A stretch of DNA of 63,694 bases, counting the filler, from Octopus bimaculoides (lineage: Eukaryota), in NCBI RefSeq assembly GCF_001194135.2. It is 6 parts of 6 records of this genome, joined end to end, with 100 filler letters (N's around TTAATTAATTAA, not from the genome) between each part and the next. Parts side by side here need not be neighbours in the genome. Positions count along the whole stretch, not along the records: positions 27,945 to 58,406 come from NC_068982.1; 5 more parts are not named here. The stretch is one strand, 5' to 3'. Shown piece by piece: positions 35,825 to 49,764 of this stretch (positions are counted from its first letter, which is position 1; every line of letters begins with the position of its first letter). The notes beneath the pieces were generated by a model that searched no databases, had not been told where the DNA came from, and saw only the letters and a program-made list of their open reading frames with translations. The position numbers and the translations under genes were made by a program.

Positions 35825-36930
35825 CTGTAGGCGGACACCCCGATGGAACCAATCAAACCTCTTTATTCTTATTTTGCATCTACCTTTTTTTCGTCAAGAT
35901 TGTTTGCTGTTTTTATCGTATAATTTCTAAATTTGCAAACACGTTAGTGCATCAGTAACATTCTTCGCAGTACTGGCTTTTTCATAAACTTCTGTTCATA
36001 TTTTCATAATACCAATCTTTCATGGATATTCCCAGTCTCTTTTAAGAAGTGTTCAGCTTTTAGTGGGATTGTCCCAAATGTCCCAAACACAACTGATATC
36101 ATTTCACGATATCCTCTAGCATTCCAAAGAGTTTTGCAACTTTTGCTTACAATTCGGAGTACTTGGTTATATTTTCCCCTTTTTTACTTGCTGTATTCAT
36201 GTCATTTAGTATAAGTACGCCAGTAATCTGAGAGTATTTGTCTTGTACAATACTTCAATATCCGGTCAACGAGGCTTAATTACTCTATCAATCGGAAAAT
36301 TATAATCTAAGAATATCGTTGCTTTCCCGTCCTCCTGCATCAATTTAATAGGCACGTGCGCATACAATTCTCGATTACTTCGCATTAGTATGGAAAACAA
36401 TGTATGACATGGAAAACAACGTATGAAAAACACAGACATTTTCATGGTAGTGTTTGTATTCCTTTTGAGCAAAGCTCTCACATTCACTTATCAAGTGGGT
36501 TACATTTACCATATTCTTATCCCAAAATCTGCACTTTTGGGCGTCTCGATCTAGTAGCTAGAGCTTGGTCTTCTTCTGCAAGTATAAGGCGGTAGTAAGC
36601 TTAAACCACCTTGCTTACGCCATGTGCATGTTCTATTCTTGATATACGGTGTAATTCTTTCAAATTGACCATACATTCTTATTTCCAGAACAACTTCTTT
36701 TGTCTTCTCTTCAACTCTTTGGTTACCAAACATTTCATCAGCATTTATGCTCATATCTTCGACTACTTATTGAAACAACTCTTCGTTGCTATTTCCCAAA
36801 TGTTCTGCAAGCGTCCTCTTTCCACTCGTCATGTATTAAATCCACACCGTTAATACATCCACCACCGTTATTTCTAATCATGTCCAATCATTTACTTTCT
36901 CGTCTTTCTATCTCACTTCCATAATCCTTC
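35825..36930 (-). mobile_element. R4/Dong-like LINE C-terminal relic (CCHC knuckle and REL endonuclease)
   Basis: A frameshifted DQALATR...C...VTHLISECESFAQKEYKHYHENV knuckle lies at about 36420-36575. ORF 36266-36487 ends LDYNFPIDRVIKPR*PDIEV, a decayed R-x-PD endonuclease motif. Confidence 0.7.
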
Positions 36931-37529
36931 TTCAGTCCACCTTAGAATGGACGGACTATATCTAATCACAGCAACTGCGTAGATATTCATTGTAGTGTCT
37001 AGAACTCTCACTTTGAAGTTGGATTTATAAATAAATTTTATACTTTTCAGATATATCTCACTAAACATTTTATTTTATAGCTTCATGTAAATTATAATCT
37101 ACTTTTAAAATTCCTAAATGCTTGCATCCACTATCTTCTATTTCTCCTATGGATTACCCTGATAGGAGTCATAATCTATTGGAAGCTGAATTATTCCCTC
37201 ATGTCATATTGAACACACATACACACATACACACACAAACGCACCTACATTACATGCGTATGAAAAAAACAATTTGATAAATATGTAAACGAATCAGTAC
37301 ATTTAAAAAAAATATAGTGACAACTATCACGTTAAACTTTTGCAGTGAATGAAAAAAGACGTGTCATAGATGTAGATATTGCTGTCTATTTCGTTCTGTC
37401 TGTTTATATATACATATTAATAATTCTAATTGCTTTTATTTTTCCCTTTCTTCTGTGGACCATCTGTTTGGAAACTGTATTTCACTAAAATGAATCTTTT
37501 CTTCTTCTTTTTTTTTATCAGCTGTGAAA

Positions 37530-38790
37530 GAAAAAAAAACACAGAAAAGTTTATCATCAAAGTCATTATATTTCTTGCAATCATCACTATCACAATTAAC
37601 ACCACCGCTACTTCCACTGCTATTACTACCATCACCATCAATAACAGCATCATCGTCATAATGTTAACGTTCACCGTAGACGTTGTCATCACCATTCTCG
37701 CCGCCATTGTCGTGTTCACCGTCATCGTTATCAGCATCGCGGCCGTCATATTCATCGTTATTATCAGCTATGATCATACTTGTTCACCGTACTAACTTTA
37801 TTCGTCACGAAAATCACCATCATCATCATCATCATCACATCCATATCAGACGCCATATATTCATCGATTTAAGCAATATGACGAATATAATCATCATCAT
37901 CATCATCATCATCATCATTGTTGACGGATGGCATCGTGGGCCGCCTCATCAGCATCACCACCGCCNNNNNNNNNNNNNNNNNNNNNNNNNNNNNNNNNNN
38001 NNNNNNNNNNNNNNNNNNNNNNNNNNNNNNNNNNNNNNNNNNNNNNNNNNNNNNNNNNNNNNNNNNNNNNNNNNNNNNNNNNNNNNNNNNNNNNNNNNNN
38101 NNNNNNNNNNNNNNNNNNNNNNNNNNNNNNNNNNNNNNNNNNNNNNNNNNNNNNNNNNNNNNNNNNNNNNNNNNNNNNNNNNNNNNNNNNNNNNNNNNNN
38201 NNNNNNNNNNNNNNNNNNNNNNNNNNNNNNNNNNNNNNNNNNNNNNNNNNNNNNNNNNNNNNNNNNNNNNNNNNNNNNNNNNNNNNNNNNNNNNNNNNNN
38301 NNNNNNNNNNNNNNNCCCTCCCCCCACCATCATCATCATCGTTATCAGCGTCCTCATCGTCGCCATCGCTGTCGTTGTCAGCGTCATTGTCGTGGACGTC
38401 ATCATCCTGGTCGTCGTCGTCGTCGTCTTCATCATGATCAACATGTTCGTCATCGTCGTCGTTGTCGTTCCCATTGACGTGGGCTTCGCCGTGGTGATTG
38501 CTGTCGTCATCGTTTCAGAATCATCATCACCATCATCATCATCACCATCGTCATCATCATCATCATCATCATCGTCATCCTCTTCCTTCTCTTGCTCCTC
38601 CTCCTCCTCCTCCTCCTCCTCACCATCATCATCATCATCATCATTATCCTCTTCCTTCTCTTTCTCCACCCCTCCTCATCCTCCTGCTCCTCCTGCTCCT
38701 CCTCATCCTCCTGCTCCTCCTGCTCCTCCTGCCCCTCCTGCCCCTCCTCCTCCTCCTCCTCCTCATCATCATTCTCATCATTCTCATCAG
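37530..38790. repeat. Degenerate trinucleotide low-complexity tract (CAT/CAC/CGT/CCT), interrupted by a gap
   Basis: Homopolymeric-amino-acid ORFs appear in nearly all frames on both strands. Confidence 0.85.
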
Positions 38791-39182
38791 TTCCACGTGC
38801 AGGCACCGAGATGCAAGCTCTGGTTAATACTAAGTTTCTCTTGTCAAGTTATATTAATAGCTACATATGATTTCGTATTGTTGGCCAAACCGAACTTATG
38901 TAACGACTCAGTAGGAATTCTTTATTGGTATAACAACATATGAATGTCATTATATCTAATTACATATGCTCATTGGAACGGCGTCCTGTGGTTCCATGGA
39001 TCAGTTAACACGAATGTAAAATGTAACAACAAATATGCTAGATTATTGATCAAATGTTATATGCAATAATTAACGTTTTATTTTGAAAGATACAACTCGC
39101 TTTTTATATACATATATATAATATGAACTACCCACACTCATGTAGACATGCATACACGTGTACAGATGCACGCACGCTCACG

Positions 39183-39225
<43 letters not shown>

Positions 39226-40913
39226 AATGATGTATGAGCATATCCATGTAAACATACATATATGTACATACCTACATCTATCAGTATGTATAGATGCATA
39301 TCCGGGTACAGGACGTCAAAAAAGGAACGGGAACATAAAAAAAGCAAAAAAAAACGGGATTTGTTTACGGAAAACAGAATGAACACATAGGAAAACAGAC
39401 AAGTCACTTATGTAAGTTTTCCTTCATCAGCTGCCCCTATTCTAAACAAGGCGTTTCGAAGATGAAGCAGATTGCGTACTTAGAATAGCTCTTCCGGTAC
39501 TCGGGCTGTTCGGGTTTTGCTCGAATAAAAATTTCGTAAAGTGAACGTGTATTTGCAAGTTGATTTAATTTCTACCAACACTGATTTCAAGTACGTAGTT
39601 GCAGCCAATAACCTGGGCTCCTTTTATGGAGCCTGGTCGCAGTTCGTTTATTTTCGTTCAGCTGTGTCTTAGAAGTGCCCTGTCTCCAAAAACGTTTATT
39701 CCACATTGTTCATACGTGCCTGACTCGGGCTTAGAAGTTACAGCTCAACTTGTTATCTATAATCGTAAAAATTAAAAGTAATTCAAAATCAATGTTTTCT
39801 CGGAGCAATAATTTTCTATAGAGATTAGGATTTAAATTCCAATCTATCAAAAGTTTCCGTTCTACAATATTTTTAAAGGTACTAAAATTTATCCAGCAAC
39901 TCGGGATAATACGAAGGAGACTAGTAAGTGTAAAAGAACTAACTGGTGTCTCTTTTCAAGAGTACAGACAACAGTGAGATTGCTGTTGCATGCTGTGCAC
40001 TCCAGAGTCATTATTTGATTGCTGTCGTTTTGTGCGTCTTTGTGTAAAGGTCAGTTGTGTTTTGCAGGGTTGCTTTATTTTAACCCTTAACTTAGAAATG
40101 GAGAAAGACATACTGGTAGATATAATAAATAAGTAATTTGGGACTAGAAATACAGCGGAAAAACGTGAAATTCTTCTAGCAGGTCTTATAAGAAATCTCT
40201 AATGTGTGTGGGTGCGTGGATGTGTGTGTGAGCGCTTGCATGTTTATCGTACCAATTATATATAAAAGTCATTGAATCAAAAACTACCTCATTGATAGAA
40301 AATGATATATTGAACTGCGCATGCTTGTTTTTGTTATTTTGTATCGTGTATAATGACATGTATCATAACATGTATGGGAGTAGAGTAGTTATCGAATGTA
40401 CGATACCAGAATTGCATGAAGAAAAGACACGTTCGTTATAATAGTGTTACTACTTTCAAAATTTAAGATGTGTAAAACGTGGTGGTAGTATGAATGACGT
40501 TAATTGCCTGTTGGTATGTTTTAAAGGTGCAATTATTTTCAGTTTCCAAAATATTATGAGTAATTGAAAATGTTGAAAATTGTATTTATACCTGAAGCCT
40601 AAGTGTTTCACATTGAGATTCTGCTTTTTCTATGTTCTATAGCTTATTCTCCGTTTTCACAAATTTAGTTGATATGGTTGTGTCTGATAGAAAGAAGGAG
40701 TAGACTATAAGTTCTATGAAGGGGTGTATATTTTCTTTGGTTTTGTTTCAAAACAGCAGATTTTTCTCTTGGCGTGTCGGTAATTTATATCAAATTGTTA
40801 GGACGTTGAATGATGTGATATGACTCCCAGGAGAGTTTTATTATGTTAATTATATAGTATTATATTTTTGCAGTGTATTGAGTAAAAATGTTCATTTTTC
40901 AATTTCGTTAATA

Positions 40914-41175
40914 TTAATGTTTTTCCTTTGTTATTCTCTTTTTCTGTTCCCCGAGGATGTGTTTTGTTGATGTTGCGATGATGCACCTACGGTATTGCGT
41001 TTCGTTTAAAAGGTTCCTTGCAGTATTTCTTTTTATCACACTCTTTATTGTAGAGTAACGTAACCGGTGATGTTCATCATCATTCGAAAAGTCATTTTCG
41101 GAGCGTCTAAAATTATGTGCTGTAGTGCTTATGTTCTTGACTGGATCATTGTTATTCATTCTTAGACAAGCAATT
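40914..41175 (-). other. Candidate terminal coding exon (IACLRMNNNDPVKNISTTAHNFRRSENDFSNDDEHHRLRY...KEKH*)
   Basis: Acceptor ATATCTATATTCTAG precedes an 86-codon open, compositionally complex frame in AT-rich DNA. No homolog recognised. Confidence 0.3.
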
Positions 41176-41278
41176 CTAGAATATAGATATAATTTTAAAA
41201 ACGTTACAGTTATATATATATATATATATATATATNNNNNNNNNNNNNNNNNNNNNNNNNNNNNNNNNNNNNNNNNNN

Positions 41279-41323
<45 letters not shown>

Positions 41324-41367
41324 GTGCCAAGAATTGATATGCTTATATTACATTGTATCTAATGCGC

Positions 41368-41560
41368 CGTGGTAGGAGAATCATATTGCACGCCGGTCAA
41401 AATGCTTAGTGGTATTTCGTTCGTGTTTATGTGCTGGGTTTAAATACAACTTTGCCTTGCATCATTTCAGAGTCAATAAAGGAAGTAACTGCTGAACTGG
41501 GGTCGACGTAATTAACTAGCCTGCCCCCTAAAATTTCTGACCTAGTACAAAAGTTTGAAA
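41368..41560 (+). mobile_element. SINE family A, degenerate
   Basis: GCACGCCGGTCAAAATGCTTAGTGGTATTTCG and ACTGGGGTCGACGTAATT match family A. Confidence 0.7.
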
Positions 41561-42543
41561 TAAATAGTATATTCATTTCTGAGACATCAGTATATTTCCT
41601 TTAAAATGAAGATATATTTAATGCAAATTTGACTACTGTTTCCATACGTTTTGAGTAAAGGCGTAGGATTTTATTGCTGTCAAGATATTATAGACTTCTA
41701 TGACAAAATGTCACATCTAACACGTTTCTTAGACATGATCATTTCCTCTTGTAATCTTGATCCAAGTTTGTATTATGCTGTATACGCAACTTATCTTGAG
41801 ATGACTTCTTAAACGTTACATATTACGGCTGCTGACAAGGACTGAGTGACTGCTTTGACTGCTTAATTTATATATATATATATATATATNNNNNNNNNNN
41901 NNNNNNNNNNNNNNNNNNNNNNNNNNNNNNNNNNNNNNNNNNNNNNNNNNNNNNNNNNNNNNNNNNNNNNNNNNNNNNNNNNNNNNNNNNNNNNNNNNNN
42001 NNNNNNNNNNNNNNNNNNNNNNNNNNNNNNNNNNNNNNNNNNNNNNNNNNNNNNNNNNNNNNNNNNNNNNNNNNNNNNNNNNNNNNNNNNNNNNNNNNNN
42101 NNNNNNNNNNNNNNNNNNNNNNNNNNNNNNNNNNNNNNNNNNNNNNNNNNNNNNNNNNNNNNNNNNNNNNNNNNNNNNNNNNNNNNNNNNNNNNNNNNNN
42201 NNNNNNNNNNNNNNNNNNNNNNNNNNNNNNNNNNNNNNNNNNNNNNNNNNNNNNNNNNNNNNNNNNNNNNNNNNNNNNNNNNNNNNNNNNNNNNNNNNNN
42301 NNNNNNNNNNNNNNNNNNNNNNNNNNNNNNNNNNNNNNNNNNNNNNNNNNNNNNNNNNNNNNNNNNNNNNNNNNNNNNNNNNNNNNNNNNNNNNNNNNNN
42401 NNNNNNNNNNNNNNNNNNNNNNNNNNNNNNNNNNNNNNNNNNNNNNNNNNNNNNNNNNNNNNNNNNNNNNNNNNNNNNNNNNNNNNNNNNNNNNNNNNNN
42501 NNNNNNNNNNNNNNNNNNNNNNNNNNNNNNNNNNNNNNNNNNN

Positions 42544-42810
42544 ATTTACCCATTTTTTATTGAAACTTTCATTCGACAACACTTTCCTCTCTATCCTCAT
42601 CCTCCTTTTCAAGTGGTACTTGAAAAAGTTGACGAGGGACTGACCAGAGAGGAAAGTGTTTGTTTGTAGACCTTTCAAACGCGTCCACCACACGCATTCT
42701 TTTGCCATAGCTATCAGTGTTACAAAAACCGTTTTTCCTTCCCGTTTAAAGGAAGGTGGCGGAACAATATTCACGATAGACTCGGCTGATAAGTGGGCTC
42801 GTCCCTAGAT
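42544..42810 (-). mobile_element. Tx1/L1-type LINE ORF2 C-terminal fragment
   Basis: NIVPPPSFKREGKTVFVTLIAMAKECVWWTRLK...FNKKWVN. The NIV.PPSFKREG block is shared with the CCHC-bearing fragment at 58155. Confidence 0.7.
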
Positions 42811-42821
42811 AAATAGATATT

Positions 42822-42868
<47 letters not shown>

Positions 42869-43569
42869 TTACATATACATATACAGATATTTATAGCGAA
42901 AATGGGAGAGACTAAGAGCTAGTCAGAGACTGGTCGACACATATACGTTTATTGATTCTCTGAATGACTAATCGATTGATGCAAATATTTATATAAGTCT
43001 AAATATAACGACAATGATAGTGATTTTCTAGCGAGTCTTATCATACAAAGTATACACTGCTCTATATTCAACATATTAATCTAATAATATATGAAGACCG
43101 TGAGAGACGTGATCCGTATAGAAACAGTTAATTGTACGGCTTGGTGGGTTTTCCAGACAGTTTCTTTTACTCTTGACAATAATTTGAGTACGTGACAGGA
43201 ACGTCACAAAATTCAATTCCAACAAATCTGGGGACTTTTCCTGGAATAAACAAGAATCAATAGATGAATAATAAAGTATATTCTATCACTTGGTGACATG
43301 AACTTCTACTGTAAAATAACATTTCCTTTCAATGATTTTATTTCTATAAGTAACTATGCATTAACCTATTTTTGTCAACTTCTACACTATCGAGCAGTGA
43401 ATTATACAGAACTGCGAATGTGGTTTTTGTTGTTCCTTTTTTCTTTGGTTACGAGGATGGCATGATGGGCATACTTTTGAGACATGTGTAAACAGTATGA
43501 ATTCTGAATGGTTAAATTGCTTAATATGTTTGGTTACAAACACACATGCAGACACACATGCACACAAAG

Positions 43570-43602
<33 letters not shown>

Positions 43603-44063
43603 CACACGCACACACACACACACACACATAAACACACTCACACATAGACACACACGTGCATTTCAGTTGTTCACACACATATATTTCTAAATTCACAAAG
43701 AAGGCTGGAGTTTGGGATCCACAGCGTACTTCCTAGTTAGCGACTATAAATTAAAAGAAGAAGAAAAAACCAAAGCAAGATATGCTTGTCGGATCGTTTA
43801 GATTATTTTAATTATTATAATGGTGAATCGAAATAAGGAAGAGTAAATAATAATGTCTCACAGCTGTTTCTGGGATATCCCAGGTAATGAATCAATGCGT
43901 TGATCCACATTTCCATATACCGGGTAGTCTGTCATAGCAAACACGATATCTATAGAGAAAACTTCCATGATAGAAAATTTGATGTGAAAAGTCCGAGACT
44001 CATGGTTCATCTTTTCCGGAATGTATGAGATTTATCGATATTTCCGTTGAGTAATGTATCTCA

Positions 44064-44297
44064 TATTTCTGTATTGCTCACAAGGGGCTAAACATAGAGG
44101 GGACAAACAAGGAGAGAGAAAGGGATTAAGTCGATTACATCGACTCCGGTACGTAACTGGTACTTAATTTATCGACTCCGAAAGGATGAAAGACAAAGTC
44201 GACCTCGGTGGAATTTGAACTCAGAACGTAACGGCAGACGAAATACCGATAAGCATTTCGCCCGGCGTGCTAACGTTTCTGCCAGCTCGCCGCCTTA
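44064..44297 (-). mobile_element. SINE family A, full length, with 12-bp target-site duplication
   Basis: TAATGTATCTCA at 44052-44063 and 44298-44309; well-preserved head, B box and tail. Confidence 0.95.
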
Positions 44298-44359
44298 TAA
44301 TGTATCTCAACTGGATGCATGATACAACCCTCATTGTTTTCTTTCTCTCTCTCTCTCTA

Positions 44360-44473
<114 letters not shown>

Positions 44474-44647
44474 CATATATCATATAATATATATATATAC
44501 ACATACACACACGCGCACACGCACGTACACATACCGATATATGATAAGGTAGCTTAAGTGCAGCCTCGTTACCGATGTTTCGTAATCCTTCGTAAAGTAC
44601 AATAAAGGATGACAGTTCAAATTAACCAGGTATATTAACCGAATATA

Positions 44648-44853
44648 AATTGGCAGAATAGTTAGTACGTCGGGTTAAATCTTTAGCATCATTTCATGTT
44701 TTTACACTCTATTTTCAAAAGCTGGTGTGGTAGACTTTGGCGTTCGTCCTTTCGAAATCGATAAAATAAGCTTCAGTTGAACTCTGCATTTGCTGTTATC
44801 AACTTTCTCCCTCCTCTGAAACGGATAGCCTTGTGCCAAAATTTGAAACCAGT
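44648..44853 (+). mobile_element. SINE family A, old copy
   Basis: TTGGCAGAATAGTTAGTACGTCGGG head and GCCTTGTGCCAAAATTTGAAACC tail. Confidence 0.65.
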
Positions 44854-45627
44854 AACTAAATTTGACTTCTTTGTTTATTGTATTTGGTTTGGAAGATTCT
44901 TGATGTGAATTTGTACGTTGACACAACATTTTTATGTCTAGGCACGATCATTATGCCAATAAAATTTGAAATGTGCACTTTATTTTACGAACTAACTATT
45001 CAATAAAGAATTAGGATTGGACAAGTACGCATGGTTATTATACATTTCTTTTGGCACAATGAGCCTCACTAGACCCAACAGTAAATAAAGTGTTCGTTGA
45101 GAAGGAACTGAGTATAGTCTTAATATCTTTTATATTTCTTTTTGTTTAAAACGTCATCGAGTAGTAATTAATTGTAGATTTTGTGGAAGTCTCAAATGAT
45201 TACGTTATATACAAAGAGACATGTTGTTCTACTTGAAGAAATCTATTGATTAAAAATCCGACAAAAATAATAATAATAAAACTAATTATCTAAAAATAAG
45301 TTCATTCGCAAATGTACTCATTCTTGATTAAAAAGGAATTAAATTGGATTGGAAATATTGTTTAAATGTCTCATGTCTCGAAGATAATTAAAAATATACT
45401 GACGCACAAAAAACTAAGTTGAAATAACTTGGAAGGATATTCAATTAATTCGTATGTTTAGCAACATTTTGAATATTTATATTGAGCTTACTTAAAAATG
45501 TATAAAGCGTAATAACTCATTAATCCTCATTGAATTGTAGTTATCATTCAGCTTATAAATCGATAGATGTATGTATTTTATAAATTAAGATGTATTAATT
45601 ACAAAGTTATTGGGGAAGTTTGTTTAC

Positions 45628-45729
45628 TTGTAGATGAAACAAACGTTTGCCCGAATGCCCTGTAGGAAGTATCCGGTGTATATGTCCTTAAACTTAATGA
45701 GAGAACGAATGTCTTTGTTAACACCATTC
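45628..45729 (-). other. Candidate 102-bp internal exon (NGVNKDIRSLIKFKDIYTGYFLQGIRANVCFIY)
   Basis: Acceptor CTCTCTAG|G and donor AA|GTAAAC; phase 2-2, open frame, phase-compatible with the exon at 41175. Confidence 0.25.
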
Positions 45730-47055
45730 CTAGAGAGTAATCTTGTGGGAATTTAATCAGTATAATTGTCTTCGAATGAATCCTTTTTCCTGTTTAATGA
45801 GCTTATTCCACTTTATTTCATGAATGTTCCAGTTATTGTATATGCAACAGCTAGCACCAATAGGGAAATGTAACTATTACTATCTTTCAAACCTCATTTG
45901 ATTATTTTCAGAAAAAAAAAATTTCTAAATATTTTTCGATTATTTTGCTGCGTATTCACAATTCTCCTCTTTCAAGTTTTCTGGTTTAAGTAAATTGAAT
46001 GAACAGAGCGTGTACACATTTTTATAATCTTTAGAACAAAAATATATCATAGAACTGTTTCTTTTTTTAAAACTCAGCGTGTTAGTCTTTAGATTTATCC
46101 TTTTCTTTCATGATATTGAACAAACAATCTACAAATTTTTTAAAAAGGCATATATGAAATATTATACAAATTAATTAAACGCTAGTTAATTAGTTTCTCT
46201 ATAAGTAAAAGCCCAAATTAATGGACTAAATGCATAACGTAATATTTTATGGTATATTTGAGAAACAAAACCAATAATACAAATTATCAACAAAAAAATT
46301 TAAATTACATACTTCTAATAGGAAACCAGCTTCACATAATGATAGAACTGGTATGCCTTAATCATTTTAAGAAAAATCTATTTTACTGTAACTTTACTCC
46401 TACCAATAATTTCATATTGTCAATCATTGTGTGTCCAGGATCCAATGAAAATCATAAAATATTTGTAAATTATGTTCCCTTTCTTAGACAGGAATCTAAA
46501 ATACGTGCACACAATAAATAATATTTTAATATAACATTTGCAATATTCAATAATTATGATATAAATTTTGTCTGTGCGGAGTAAACTGTAAACCGTGCGC
46601 TGTGGGAGGCGTTTCTATCCGACTTAAAAAAACACGCTTATGCAACGAAGAGGACATTTAGCCAACTTTTTATCTCAGAAAATAAAGGGCCGTACCTAAA
46701 TATTGTAATATATTTAATGAAATACGCTAATATATTTGTCAAACAGCATTTTCCCCGATAAAAAAACGATTAAACAGAACATTTTATTAGTAAAATGCCT
46801 GCAATTAGCTGGCTTTCACATTGATATTTAAACTGAAATTCCGTTCTTTTTTTTGTAATTCACTATTTTGCATTCACTAATAAAAAGAGCGCATTAGGGA
46901 AGTGTAGGTAGAATGAAGTATGATTAACACTCAAATTTATTAGTCATGTAATTCAGCATACACAAATTCCTTCATACACACACATGCATAGATACATACA
47001 TACATGTATGTAGGCAAGCATATATGTATGTATGTTGGAATGTCTGTATGTATAA

Positions 47056-47095
<40 letters not shown>

Positions 47096-49030
47096 CAAAT
47101 ATTGAGATATATAGATCAGATATTGAGAGATACATAGATCAAATATTGGTTAATGTCTTGCATAAGTTATTTCGACGTTTTCATGTCAATGTCCTCTTTA
47201 ATTTGGAATCAGAATTACAAAAATAATCGATATAATTTATATAGATTGAAAACTTATTGAGCGGATTATATCCCATTCAGATGTAGATTAAATAAACATA
47301 TTGCCGTGTTCTATTCACTATTTATTTGATATTATATTCTATAAAATTTCAAAGAGATTTAGATGTATGTTTACGGAATATGAAATACAAAACATATTGA
47401 TTGAAATTACGTAAAAGATGAAATTTAGATTATACTGGGGAATGTAGTGGTCGTCAATGAACAGGAGGAAAATATTTGATATCACTAACCTTATCACTAG
47501 ACACCTACTCGGATAGATATTTAGTTAAAAAAGATAAACTTTTCGATTATACGTTCATTTAATTTCCACCCTAAAGCGTTCCAAACATTATTTAATTAAA
47601 TATTTCTTAAACGAGCGTCGGTAATATTACTGGTCAGCATGTTAGAACTGTTATGATATATCTACTAGAAGGGGAATCCTAATATCCTTTTAACTGAGGT
47701 AAATCACTTAAATTTAACATACTGTATATTATGGTTGAGTGAAGACTATCACAAGTCATATATATAACACAAACACACACACACACACATACACACATAT
47801 ATGCACATACGAAGAAAAAGAAAAGATGTATATTATATTAAGACATAAAATTACATATAGAAAGTGTTACATAAGTGCAACNNNNNNNNNNNNNNNNNNN
47901 NNNNNNNNNNGGGGGGGGGGGGTGAAGGCCTTGATAGTTGTTTATTGCATTTCGAAAACGCAGAGGTTTATTTTTCATACTGATGTGTTTAATTAAAACA
48001 CATTCTGCATCAAGCTACAGCAGGACTTTTGAAGTACTTGTAAAAAACTATCTACGGCTATTTTTTTTTGTCATCACCAAACACCTACGTGTTTACGCTT
48101 ATATGATATTGTTTATATCATTATATGTAATCTCATATTGAAGGGTGTCTTCATGTCCACTTTTCTTATAGCCAACTAAATTTCCGTGCGCAAATAGTAA
48201 CCTAATTAGAGTACACACGCGCCTGCTCGCTCCACCCCCACACATTAGGAATACAAACACACACACACATTAGGAATATGACTTTTTTTATTCTTTCCTC
48301 AAAAAACAATTTGCTGTATCATATTTAGATGAGCTTTTATGCATATGTAACAAAATTGCACTCATCATCTTTAAAAAAGTTCACTCATGAATCCATGTTT
48401 GTATTCTTATGCAAAACTTGTTTGAATATGGGCAAGGTTGCATGGCACTCTTGGATTTCAAAAATTCTTAGCATTTACAAGACTTCAGTGGTGATTAGAT
48501 TGTATTGCTGAGCCATCGTGTTTAGTCATGTAGCAAATAATTAAAATCTTCTTTAACGTTCACCATTGTTGTTTCGGTTTCAGTATGAGTTCTGCATGAC
48601 TGCTAGCAGTATGTCATTCAAGAAAAGCTTCGAATTTTTTCATAAGAACAAGGAGGGATGGAGGACAAATTTGGTGCACTTCCAGCCCCATTCATCTGGA
48701 GATCATGTGCCTGCAGAAGAAGCCTCACTGACCAGCGGGAGCTGAATGCCACTCAGTGAGTAGACTTTTGGTCGGTACCAGTTTCTAGGGAAATCAGTTA
48801 ATGGCAGAAGAGAGTGAATTTTCCAAACATTTCCGAGCAAGCAATACAGTCCATGCCCGAAAATGCACAAAGAAAAGAAAATTTGAGCTATTAGAACTAA
48901 CTGTTCGATATCATCAACGTTAACGCTGAATGGCTCAACGCTGATGACAAAAAGCTGTAATCCATCTAAATCCAAAGCCAAGGCATATACACGCCTACGA
49001 AGTGTTTGACGCTGGGGAAAAAGAAAAAGT

Positions 49031-49066
49031 CTTTTACGTTTCGAGCCTACGCTCTTTAACGAAAAG
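49031..49066 (-). ncRNA. Degenerate copy of the minimal hammerhead-like motif
   Basis: The minus strand reads CTTTT-CGTTAAA-GAGC-GTAG-GCTC-GAAA-CG-TA-AAAG. It belongs to the same family as 14620, but the core is broken. Confidence 0.4.
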
Positions 49067-49170
49067 CAATAGAAAATAAACTGAGAAAAAAAAACATGTA
49101 GATTTAGCGGTCAAGAATGGCGAATACATATATGGATGTGTGGTTGTATATATATACATATGTGTATGTA

Positions 49171-49220
<50 letters not shown>

Positions 49221-49224
49221 GACG

Positions 49225-49500
49225 CATGACTCATTAGGTGGAGTGTTGTACTCACTGTTGCAACATCGTGGTCTCAATAGTTTGACTGGGCATCGCGTTG
49301 TGTTGTTGAGCACAACATTTCCTCTGACGCTGCCTTACGGTTCCTTCATCACTTGATGCATAGTGCACCGTGCACCTCTTCAGGCAGCGCCAATTTGATG
49401 GACAGAGTGAGATAATGTACAGCACAGACATTTGATCACTATAAACAAGTCATTTCTGCAGATCATTCTACCAAAGTGGAACGCACATACGTCATCTACA
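49225..49500 (+). mobile_element. Probable interspersed repeat (SINE-like, unassigned family)
   Basis: GC-richer island with a CTTGATGCATAGTGCACCGTGCACCTCTTCAGGCAGC body between microsatellites. The assignment rests on recall of octopus repeats only. Confidence 0.35.
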
Positions 49501-49542
49501 ATACGAACACCCCCCACCGATCAGTAACAGACACACGCATAA

Positions 49543-49588
<46 letters not shown>

Positions 49589-49764
49589 GTCTGTCTGTCT
49601 GTCTGTCTGTCAGTCTGTCTGTCTGCATGTCTGCCTGTCTATAACGCACACACAGACATACACACACACACGCACAGACACACACACATACGCATACACA
49701 CACACGCACACACACACACACACACACACATCCACACACACACATATATAAGTTTATGAAGGCT

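Noticed and set aside
37426-38943. Hydrophobic or acidic low-complexity ORFs resembling membrane or acidic proteins
   Set aside because: All frames are open because of degenerate trinucleotide repeats; no domain or splice support.
39370-39460. Minus-strand CTGATGA followed by an 8-bp stem (AGGAAAAC/GTTTTCCT)
   Set aside because: The required GAAA after helix II is missing (ATGTG instead). At best it is a dead hammerhead relic.
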